Source: the human T2T-CHM13v2.0 reference genome, Homo sapiens. From it: a DNA stretch of 64,000 nucleotides. Position numbers and translations under genes: made by a program. The DNA is taken from assembly GCF_009914755.1 (NCBI RefSeq), contig NC_060935.1. One strand, written 5' to 3'. The notes under the pieces are model-generated. The model did no database searches. It had not been told where the DNA came from and saw nothing but the letters and a program-made list of their open reading frames with translations. Below, in pieces: positions 28,366-40,140 of the stretch (position 1 is the stretch's first letter; the number at the start of each line of letters is the position of its first letter).

Positions 28366-29653
28366 TAAATACAATATTGTATGGTTATATTGCTGATAGC
28401 AGAAAATGCCCCACAACAGCTCTCAAAATCTGAAACTTTGGCGGTTAATTTGTTAGGGTAACAAAGTAGGTATCATCTACTATTCCAATTTCTTCGTTGT
28501 ACCAGAAATGGAAAGAAGTACCACTAACCTTTGCCAAATATTACTGACAAGGTCAGAAATATTTTTCTCAGGGAGAAAAATTGCAAAAAGGCTGACAATT
28601 ATAAAGTGTCAAAACACTGGCATCAAAATATCCTGCTTTATCCAGTTACACACCATTTCCCAGAGAGCAAGTTTGAACCAAGAAACATTAGCATCACCAT
28701 GGACCACCTTTGATAACTGGGGCTTAAATGCCTCTTTCATCATAAATGATCTCTTATTTATAAAGGAATCACTAACCACTATCAACAATAAAAAACCACA
28801 CAGAAAAACCACAAGACTGTATCATAGAGAATTTTAAAATAGTTATCCATGAGAATAAAAGAAAGGAGGCTAACAAAGTCTGCTACTTCCTAAACTTACA
28901 CTGAGACATGCAAGAGGCAAAGGGCTTCTAGTTCTGGCCAAGACTTGCTGGACATAAGAGGGAGGATAAACTGACCACTTGCCTGGAATGATACAGGGGA
29001 AGAGAATGCACAGGCTTCCTCATTTGAAACCCATTGATCTAACACCTATTGTCTATGAGAAGTTGGATAATATATTTGCTTTATCTGAGTCTCAGTTTTA
29101 TCAACAGTAAAATGGAGATAAGGCCTTACTGAGCTGGATTTGTTGGCATTTGACTGCAGGGCCTTTACATGATGCCTGGAACACAGAAGACACCCAATTC
29201 TCTACTCCCCCTTCCTATACAACATAAGTAATAAATCATTTCCCAAATCTGTGGAGGGAAATTACATCAGTTATGTGGTGGTTATCATCAAATAGAAATT
29301 ACATATATTCAATGTCTTTCCTATGCTGCATGCGTCCTCAACTTTTTCCCAACACATACGAGTAAAGGTTCTTATGGCAAATGACAGAAACTGATTTTTA
29401 AGCACTGGGGAATTTATCGGAAGAGTTTCAGGAATTCAGAAGATGAATCTATGGAAGGCTCTAAGATCAAGGCCTAAAAACCAGGCAGGATCTAGGAATG
29501 CTGCAGAGCTCAAGAGCAGGATTGCCCAGCAAGAGTTACACAACAGATACAAGCTGGTACACAGGACACATTTGCCACCAAGCTGAATCTGAACTCCAAA
29601 TCTCCCTTCTCTGTAGGCCCCTGATTCAGGGCTTGAAGTACAGGATTTAACAG

Positions 29654-30072
29654 TGTTGCAGAACTTTCTCTTCAGTCCAGCTAAAATTGGATTCTTGTCA
29701 CATGACCAGGAAAGATTAGGCTCATGGACACATAGAAGGGTGAGGAGCAGAATTTATTGGGCAAAAAGGAAAAAGGAAAAATCTCAGCAAAGTGAGATGG
29801 AGTCCTGCTAACAGGCCATCCACTCACAGATTGAATCCCAGGTTTCCATACAGGAACTGATGAAGCCAAACTCTTCCCCTGTGCAAACATCACGAACTCC
29901 CCAAGGCTCCACCCAGTCCTCCCAGTGTGCAGATGGGCATTATTCAGAGAGAATCAGTTGGGAAAGGGCAGGCATCATCTAGGACCAGCAGTCCAGTTCT
30001 TCAGCCTTCAGGCTGTTTTAGGCTTGAAGGTGGGGTTTGCCAGGGACCCTTGGCTGTCTCCTGTCTCTATCA
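29654..30072 (-). mobile_element. MER61-like ERV1 solo LTR, nested in an older LTR fragment
   Basis: TG...CA termini and a perfect 4-bp TSD ACAG (29650-29653 / 30073-30076). The minus strand begins tgatagagacaggagacagcc. Confidence 0.8.
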
Positions 30073-31022
30073 ACAGCACTTGGAGCACATGCCTGCACCT
30101 GGCTGTCCCAGGGCACGCTTTGAAGAAGGATCTGGTCTCCTTTGCTACCAAAGAGACAGAGGACAGTAAGAAGCAATCTCAGCAGTAACCTTCCTATCAA
30201 TACAATGGACAATTTCCTAGAGGAATATGGAGGTACTAATAGGCAGGTATGGCTAGATGATAATAGATAATCAAAAAGTGAAAAACATACAAAACATAAT
30301 GAGAAGAAAGGAAGATGAATGGCCTGCATAGTTCTCCCCAGTTTTGAAACAGGCTCCAATGTACCTCCACCCATTCATTTGACAAGTACTTATTGACCAT
30401 AATTTTCATTCACTGAGATACAATGGTCAAAGGTTTATGGATTATTTCTGCCCTCAAAGAGATAAATAAAAACAGGTACTTTTCATAGGTATTAAATGCA
30501 AATAAGCACATGTCGGAGCATCTAATCCAGTCTTGGAAGAGAGACAGATAGGCAAGATGAGCTTGAAGCTGAAACGTGAAGTAAAAAATAATAATAATAA
30601 ATCTACCCTTCTGCTTAACATCAATACTTCTGTGTGCACCTCTTACCTCCTATACACAGATAGAATCAGGTCTATCCTTTGATCCTGGTCTAATTTAACC
30701 CCAGATAGATACCCACCCCCACTCCAGGTCAACAAGAGTTAAACTAGCTGGCTTCACCTCTATTTTAAGGGGAGGAACTAGGTCCAGCCCTAAGATAAAT
30801 TCTGAATAAAGCTATCTATTACTCTTTTTTGTTTCTTTTTCTTTGTTGCATTCTCTCATACTCCAACTATTCTGCTAGATACTTTAAAATCCCAAACCTT
30901 CACTGTACTTGCAACCACAAGATGGTCCAAATGTCCATCATTGGTATTTAAAGTAAGAAAACAAAATTGGCCTCTGAGATTTATATTATAAAATCAAGCC
31001 TTCAAGGAAGTAGTTCTAAACC

Positions 31023-31353
31023 TGTATTAGTTCGTTTGCACATTGTTATAAAGATACTACCTGAGACTGGGTAATTTATAAACAAAAGAGGTTTAATTAA
31101 ATCACAGTTTCATAGGGCTGGAGAAGCCTCAGGAAACTTACAATCATGGTGGAAGGGGAAGGGGAAGCAAAGCATTTTCCTCCAAGGCAGGAGGAGAGAG
31201 AGAGAACACAGGGGAAACTCCCTCATTATCAGGAGAACCGCATGGGGGAACTGCCCCATGATCCAATCACCTCCCACCAGGTCCCTCCCTCAACATGTGG
31301 GGATTACTGTTTGAGATGAGATTTGGGTGAGGACACACAGCCAAACCATATCA
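31023..31353 (-). mobile_element. THE1D-like MaLR solo LTR
   Basis: tgtattagt...gatactacctgagactgggtaatttat...gagatttgggtgaggacacacagccaaaccatatca. TSD aaacc / gaacc. Confidence 0.88.
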
Positions 31354-31519
31354 GAACCTAAAACCATCCTCCTAAACAGAAATGTGTAAATAAGTAGCTG
31401 AATGATTTTCTAAATTCAGGCACACAAATGGAGCTCTCTGCAAGATTTCTTCCCATACGCGCCTCTGAATCTACTCTCTACCTTCCTCTACTCTACCCTA
31501 TACCATGAAAGGTCAACCT

Positions 31520-32113
31520 GAATGAACTGTAGGTAACAACAAGCTCCCTTGACTTTTGGTGAATCAACTGACAGGAGATCAGAGGCCAGCAGGAGATTAT
31601 GGTCATGATATTTATTACCCTGGCTTTTCTTTCTGCCACACTTGCTGTCTTTTTACTGACGGTCACAGGTCTTGCTAACTAGTCCTCTTCAGGTTCCGAT
31701 AACCCCTCCTTCCACTTGCTTCTTCAGTCTTAAGAGTAGTTACAGACCCTCAGCTGCTAGCCTTCAGTGAACTGCAATATCATTTGTCAATTTCTCTAAA
31801 TCAAGGTTAGTCAATTTCATCACTATTGACATTTTAGGATACTTGTTGTGGAAGGCTGTCCTGTGCCTTATAGAATGTTTAGCAGCATCCTTGGCCTCTA
31901 CTCACTAGATGCCAGTAGTACCCTACCCCATAGTTGTGGCAACCAAAAATGTCTCCAGACATTTCCAAATGTTCCCTGGAGGACAAAATCACCCCCAGTT
32001 AAGAACTACGAATCTAAATCTTTCTACACTTCTATAAATAGTCCCTTCACTAAAATTTTCTTAAATAATATAAGTATACTATTTCTTTCCTACCTAGACC
32101 TAAGACTGATACA
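31520..32113 (+). mobile_element. LTR33/LTR16-like ERVL LTR, split by MER20
   Basis: 3' end taaatagtcccttcactaaa...gactgataca. Start approximate. Confidence 0.5.
31802..32011. mobile_element. MER20 (hAT-Charlie DNA transposon)
   Basis: cactattgacatttt...gcagcatccttggcctctactcactagatgccagtag...ccaaaaatgtctccagacat. 8-bp TSD ctctaaat / atctaaat. Confidence 0.88.
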
Positions 32114-33032
32114 AGAAGTCTGTTGGCAAAATTGGGCAAAATTACAACATTAAAGCTTACTTGATCCACTGTAATGTAAATTCCATAAGAGAAGGACATT
32201 GTGTGTCTCACCACTAAATCCCCTCTACCAAGAAGTGTTGGACACAAGTAAAGGCTCAATGAATATTTCTTAAGTAAATGAATTTAAGCTATATTATAAA
32301 AAATAATTTTATATGTAAAGATATAGAAAAGTTTCCACAGAAAATAAGAAGGCACAGACAAAAAGTTAAACAATATAGACATTCTGTAAGTACAATGCCG
32401 AGTTGAAGCCTTGGCCAATGGCTTAAAGTTCTCTGGACCCCCTGTTAAGGCACCTCCCATTGCAAGACAGTCCCTCAACACAGGTTACCTGTGGGACTAT
32501 TAGTAAAATTATGCCAATTCCTTTTACTTGGATTTCAAACTCATCTAAAAAACCTAAAATATAAACTCCATGAGAGCTGAGCTACAACCTGTTCAGTATA
32601 CCATTGTATACCCAACTGCCTTATTCAGTGTCTAATGAATATTTGTCAAGTGAGTGAATCAATGAATGGGCCATCTCATTATGATGTGGCTTTCAAGTGA
32701 CTTGGCTACAAGGGGAAAGAAAGATGTAGTCTCATGACCATCAAAGCCATCAAGAATATAACTTTTTCATGTGTATTGGCAAATTGAAATTCTAGGACTT
32801 AATTGACTTGTATGCCTTAGAGTTACATTAACCATCCTCAAAAAGGCTGGCCACTCCTGACTCAAAGAATAGTCAGTAGACCAGAATAGGTCCCAAATCC
32901 AATTTTAGAATATAGAAACTTAATTGAGGTTCAGAGTAAAGTTGCATGGGTTCTTTGAAAGCATACGCTAGAAAAAAAAATTTGAAATTGATTCCATTAA
33001 CACGTGATTGTGTTCCCCATTATAAAAGTACA

Positions 33033-33875
<843 letters not shown>

Positions 33876-34698
33876 ACACAAATTACCAAAAGAGAAACGA
33901 CCCTTTCCAGAGATTCAAGAAAGTGGAGTTTAAGGACATAGGGTGTCTTACTTGGAAAGTGAGAATAAGGAAGAACCTCATAAAAGTGCTAGGGATGTGG
34001 AAATCCAATGGCATCTAGAATATTGGAGCAAAGGCATTCAGAACAGCAAAGGCATTCAGAACCTCAAAGCATCAGAGAAGAAAGGGACCAGAACTCCTTC
34101 AATACCTGCTAGTTGGCCCATATTTTAACTCTTCATTTCATCCTCACTTCACTGTTATAAGATGGATGTTATTAAATATTATCCCTAGTTTACAGATAAG
34201 GAAATTGAAGACCAATAAGGTTAAGTTTCTGTTCTGAAATTGCAGGGCTAGTAAATAATAGTTTTGATTAACAATATAGACATTAGATAGAAATGAACTA
34301 GAGTCTAGACCCCATCACTTATTTGCCATGTGATATTTCGTAAGTTACTTGTTTGTATTGTCCAGTGCTGAATCCCAAGCGTCTAGCAGGTGCTTTGGTA
34401 AATGTTTCTGTGAATTAATTAATCTGGGTCATTCATATACATAATGGTACCTACTTCAAGAGTTATTGTGAGAATTACATTAGATTATCTAAACACTTCA
34501 GCACAATGCCTAGCTCCTGGTAGGAGGTCAAAAAATGATAATTAGTATTATTATACTGCTCGCCCTGATTCCAATCTTAAAACCTCAAACACTGCATCCA
34601 GTCTAAATACAATGTTGCCTATATGGTACCATAAACCTCCAGCTTCCTGGTGCTCACATCATGTAGTCTCTGCTGGTAAAACCCTTAGTCCAAGTCTT

Positions 34699-35102
34699 TT
34701 CTTTTAATTAATAGACTTTATTTCTTAGAGTAGTTTAGGCTTACAGAAAAAATTGAACAGAAAGTACAGAGTGATTCACATACTCCCTGCACCCCCAGAC
34801 TAACAGTTTCCCTTATTATTGACATCTTGCATTGGTTTAGTACATTTGTTGTCATTGATGAACCGAGCTTAACTGATACATTATTATTAACTAATGTCCA
34901 CAGTTTACATCAGGGTTTACTCTTTGTGTTGTATAATACCATGAGTTTTGTCTAATGCGTAATGCCATGCATCCACCATTAGAGTATTATTCAGAATATT
35001 TTCGCTGCCTAAAAATCTGTGCTACACCTATGCATTCCTCCCCCCTTTCCCTGAAGGTAGAAGCTATAGGGATAGTAAAAATGATCAGCAGTTTCCCGGG
35101 AT
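34699..35102 (-). mobile_element. L1MC1-like 3' fragment with a short inverted 5' segment
   Basis: ttaatagactttattt...cagaaaaattgaacagaaagtacagag, then a sense-oriented piece at 35053-35102. 14-bp degenerate TSD. Confidence 0.75.
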
Positions 35103-35134
35103 TTAGGCTGAGTCTTAATTGCTAGATTATTAAA

Positions 35135-35445
35135 ACAGACATTGTCTGCTCTAGGAAAACTAGTACCCACCCTTCCTGCATAGATGCCACATGATCTGCA
35201 TATCGTTTCCAGGAAAACTATCCCCACCCCTTCCCATATACACATGTTATGTTTCCACATCTCCTCCACAACAAAAACTGGACTCTATCTCTGCCTACAT
35301 AGACAATACATTGTTCCCACATCCTCTACAACAGGAAAACTGGTCTTTCTTCCTCCCTAAAGGGATATCATTTGGCAACCACATCCTCTGCTCTAGGACA
35401 ACTGGGCACCATGTTTTCCTAAATAAATACCATATGATTTCCATG
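35135..35445. repeat. Degenerate ~60-bp tandem repeat, ~5 copies
   Basis: Anchor aggaaaact or a variant at 35153, 35211, ~35271, 35333 and 35395. Confidence 0.7.
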
Positions 35446-36309
35446 TTTGCATCATTGCTGACATGAGTTCTTTATTTGGTTAAATTGATTTAAAAACCCC
35501 ATCTGAATTCAAGTCCTAGAAAATCCCTTACCCTCTCTGAAATTTGGATGCAACAGCCACGCAGTGTAAGTCTTGGCAAAGTGACCCAATGAAACATAGT
35601 GAACAATTAGAGTGTCCTTGTAGGAAGCCAGCCTCTGCCTCACTAGTATCTTGCCCTGGGCTGTACAAGAGTTTAACCTCCAGAATAACACTGTCATCTT
35701 TTTGCTTTATTTGGCCTTATTGTTTCTCCATTTGGGAGCCAAATTATAGCCTCATAAAACAGCAGGGGTGCTAGGGAAATTGCTTAAATACAGTAACTAT
35801 TAAAACCTTAAACTGCTGTGCTAATTAAATTGCCTTATTGCTACAAATTTTGTAATACGAGGCAAGTAAAAGTGCCAGTCTCCCTCCTTGGCAAAAGGAA
35901 ACAACCCCTTCTAAAAATTATCACATTTGACTCCAAGGCAGACCTCAGCCCAGGGGAAAAGTGTATGCTCAGATCAGCTGGCTGGATTGCCCTCTTCTCC
36001 AGAAAGGTTTCTTCCACTCAGTTAGCTAAAGTTACTTGGTGCTGGTGGATTAACAATAGAAAAACAAACAAGGACCACCCAATTAGGGTTGACTGCAAAC
36101 TGGATCCATGAGCTCAGCTGAGAAGCTCAAAAGACTTTGTGCAAGCAACTGGTTAGTAATCACTGAGCATCTGGTGTCTACCATGTGCAATGTTAAGTCC
36201 CCTGTTCGTGGAGAAAGGACACTGGTGTCCAGCCCTTGCATACACCTCCTTGAGAGAGACAGAACAAATGAAAGGGATAATTAATGTGAATTTATATATC
36301 CATTAGATT

Positions 36310-36555
36310 AATAGCACAGGCTCTGGGGCCAGATTGCCCAACTGAAACCCTGAGCTACCACTTCGTAGCTACATGACACACAGCAAGTTCCTTAACCTCT
36401 CTGCCTTGGGGGTCCTCATCTATAAGACAAAGCTAACACTAGTAGTTATTTAAGAAAGTTGGGTGAAGATTAAATGAGCTGATATGTAAGAATTGCTTAG
36501 CACAGGGCCTAGCATAATCTATCTGTGCTAAATTTGGGGAGTATTGTTATAATTA
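36310..36555 (+). mobile_element. MIR
   Basis: gcacaggctctggggccagattgcc...gcaagttccttaacctctctg...gaagattaaatgagctgatatgtaa. Confidence 0.8.
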
Positions 36556-37092
36556 TTACTATCATTGAACAGTGTAAAAAATTCTGAACAAGAGATTGGA
36601 GTTTTAGTCTTGGCTCTACCTCTAATCTGAGGCTGTTTTCCTTCTGTATCTTTAAACTTATTTATTTGTAAACTACGAGGGTTGAATTATCTCTAAAATT
36701 CCTTCAACTACTAAAATATTATAAACCATTAGCGTTGTACTTGGTATCTGTGGTATATTCAAGCGCCATGTGGCATAGAGCAGATCAAGGGAGAGGACAC
36801 TAATCCAAATATTTATGGAGCACCTAATAGGTAATAGGCATGCTCTAGGCACCAAGTAACAGCAAGAACAGCAAAAGAAGGACAGCAAGTTGAGTCCAAG
36901 TACATTAAGACATAGCCCCCAGCTGTGCAGACTGGGCACAGGCCTTCCATTCACCTTTCACTGATTCTCAGAGTCCAGAACACAGGCAAAGTACCTCAAT
37001 CAGGGTCACTACAGGGAAACAACAGCACATCAGATGAGGATAATTAAAGGTGAATTTGCTAAAGGAATTTTTTACAAAGGGGAGGGGAGTGT

Positions 37093-37699
37093 GTAGGAAA
37101 ATTTTAAAGGCCCCCGTTTTAAAATGTACCTGGGATTTTGTTTGTATTAAGTATGTTGAGGTCAACAGAAAAAGAGGCATTTGCCATTGAAAAGATGGTT
37201 TATTACTCACAGTCCCCAAGAGTAGCAGGCATACCACACCACAGGGCAGGGGGCTGCATGAGGAAGCATCAGGGTCAATCAGGAGGCACAGAGAGTTGGA
37301 AAAAAACATGGACGAGAGCCTTTATTATGGTTTCCTCAGGAAAGAATGGGCAGGGCAGAGTAAGCAGGCTAAGTAGGTTTAGGGTTAGCTGGTTTGAATA
37401 ACTTTGGTGGGCTCTAAGCTATAGAAATTGTCCCTAATTTTCTGGTCCTTTGCCCTGGGATCACTTATGGTGGGGGATTGTGTCCCTGACTCCAAGACCC
37501 CAATAAAAACAGGTTGGTGGGGGTACAGACTCTGTATTGGCTTCTTTACATACTAACACATGTGCCTAGGCAAGTTCCTTACTATCTCAAAGAATTAGCT
37601 AACTTTGGGAGAGGCAGTTCCTTCCCCTCCCTGGGTCCACAAGGCTCCAAGATGTCAAAGCATCATAAAGCAAAGTAAGTAAAAAATATTATTAATACA
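37093..37699. mobile_element. ERVL LTR (MER76-like) nested in an LTR33-like element (~36990-38060)
   Basis: tgtaggaaaat ... ggtttattactcacagtcccc ... gatgtcaaagcatc ... attaataca. The flanks resemble the antisense of the LTR at 31520-32113. Confidence 0.5.
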
Positions 37700-39044
37700 T
37701 GCCCAGAGGTCTTAAGAGACAAGAAGGAAGTCATTACCATAACTCCAAAACACAGAAGCACATGGAAAGGGCCACCAAAACAGAGAAGCACGTGGAGAGC
37801 TGTGACCCAGTCAAGAAATGTGGTCAGCCCATGGTGACCTGGCACAGAGGGAGCGAGCAACGGAAATAAATGCCCAATTTGTCTCCCCAACACCCTCCAG
37901 TATATTTCTAGGGCTCCTCATTGGCAGAACCCAACTAGAAGCCAGAGGGCAAGGGAGACTATTGATGTGGTCCATGCAGGTTCACCTGCCCAGGCAGAGA
38001 GCAAGATATGGAAGAGTGGGAAGTGGAACAGAAGCAGCAAAGACAAGACATCAGCACACACAGGAAGAACTGACATCCAAGTCAGTGCTGGAACAACACC
38101 AGAAGCTGGAGCTGCTTCTGCTTCAGGGAGAATCTGCAAATAGCCTGCTAAAAGAAACACATATTGGGTTCAGTGTTGCCTAGAGGTGGAGCAGGCAAAG
38201 ATGAAAGGAGAAATTTATTTCCTCATAACAACTCTTTGCCTTTTCCTTCATCTTAGCACAAATGTTGGACACCACGGGGAGAGGCAGGTAGGATTTCATT
38301 CATTTCCTCATGACAGGAACCTTCTGTGAATGCATCTTTCAGGTGCTCCGGAATATTTAAAGGCCTATTGTGTTCCAAGAACTGCTGACCTCACCTCTGT
38401 TGCCAGGAAACCTGCTACAAACTCTAGAATCTGAGCACTGACATCATTGCTGTCCCCAGATGATCCAGGAGGAAACAAGGGGCTGATGCTGATGCCCATG
38501 GTCAGAATAGAGTGAGCAGCACGGATGTGAGCTGTGAGAGGCCAGCTCTGCTCCTGTAGCTTACACAAATGCCTACTGGACACACCCATAGCATGTTGCT
38601 AAGGCAGAGTGAATGGCACCATTCAACAATCATTAACAGTGCCTACTTTGTGCTCAGCTCTGTGAATGTAAGCCTGAACCACACATGGCTCCTGTCCGTC
38701 AAGGAATTCATAATATATTAAGAGGAAACACAAATGCACCGATAACCATGTGATGCTTAAAATTAATCACAGAACTCCATGCCTAGGCCTCTGCTGGGGG
38801 TATCAGGAAAGGCAGGAAGAAGCTAATCGGCCTATGCCATGCGTTACAATTTTTCTTGGGGAAAGGCAAAAAAATCTTACTCTTTGAATATATAAAACAC
38901 AGATAGACATAAGGTACATAAACAGATATGGCATATAATATATCTGTGGCATTAAAATTTCCTGGAGAGGGAGACAATTAAGAAAGAAAATATCTTTAAA
39001 GCTCTTTAAGAGTGTAATAATAACAGAAAGGTTAAGGAACACTG

Positions 39045-39285
39045 AACTTAGTGTGTAGGAGCATGTAGCCTCAAGTCAGACTGAATTCTAGCCCCATCCC
39101 TTATAGATTTGTAACTTTAGACTTTCTTAGCTTATTCGGCCTCTCTGTGCCTCAGTTTCATCATCTGCAAATTAGAGATAACAATAGTGTCATCTTCTAA
39201 TTAATTAAATGATATAATGCGTATTAAGTTCCTAGATTATCTGACAAATAATAAATGCGCAATAAATGTATGCCATTGTTATCAA
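39045..39285 (+). mobile_element. MIR
   Basis: cctctctgtgcctcagtttcatcatctgcaaattagagataacaatag...gcgcaataaatg. Confidence 0.8.
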
Positions 39286-39519
39286 TACATTCAACAAATA
39301 ACCTGCACTTACCAATATAAGAAAGTATAAAACCCAGCCCTGGCCCTTAAGAGGCATTACAAGAAGTGATCAGCACAAAGAATAAGAGTTTCAACTTTGC
39401 AGCCGACTGGAGTTTGAACTCAGGATTTTTCACATGGCAACAAATTAATTAACTTCAGTTAAATAATTTTAAAGGAGCCGTGGGTGCTCCTTTCATGCAG
39501 TGGGCAGGAATAATACCTA

Positions 39520-40140
39520 CAGTATTTGTTGAATGCCTACTATGGGCCAGGTAGGAGGTGCTAGGAATAGAGCACTGGAAAAAAAAAAAAAAAAGTCTCG
39601 TTCCTTTAGGAGCTTACATTCTAGTAGAGATGGACAATAAATATACAAACTAATGAATGTGTCATAGAATGTTAGAGAGTGATTGATGTCAATACATAGA
39701 GTTGGTTTTAGAATAGCTGACAGGGAGTACTATTAGACAGAGTTGCCAGGAAGGATTCTTTAAGAAAGTGACATTTAAGCACAGACATGAATGAAGTGAA
39801 GAAATAACCCTTGCAAAGATCTGGGGAAATACTGCTTCAGGAAAAACAAACAAACAAAAAAAAACATTAAATGCAAACACCCTGAGACAGGAACATACCC
39901 AGCCGGTGTGAGGCTGATGTTGCTGGGGCACCATAAACAAGGGGAACGTGGTGGGAGATGGAGCCAGAAAGCGGGCCAAGATGTACTTGGATTTTCATCT
40001 TAAGTACAACAAGGCTTGGGAAGAGGGGAAGAGTGCGATCTGATTAATGTTTTAGGAGGATTTCTCTGGCTGCTGTGTGAAAAATGGATGTAAGGGCAAG
40101 AAAGAAGGCAATGAGAGTGGTTAGGAGGCTACTGATGTAG
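39520..40140 (-). mobile_element. L2 3' fragment inserted into a MIR
   Basis: tatttgttgaatgcctactatg...ggagcttacattctagt...gtgacatttaagcacagac. The MIR resumes at ataaagcacttagtactgtgcctg. Confidence 0.72.

Noticed and set aside
35135-35445. CRISPR-like ~60-bp periodicity
   Set aside because: The whole units are homologous to one another (a decayed tandem repeat) rather than constant repeats with unique spacers.
37745-37799. 30-bp-period imperfect duplication
   Set aside because: A small old duplication inside an LTR fossil with no functional indication.
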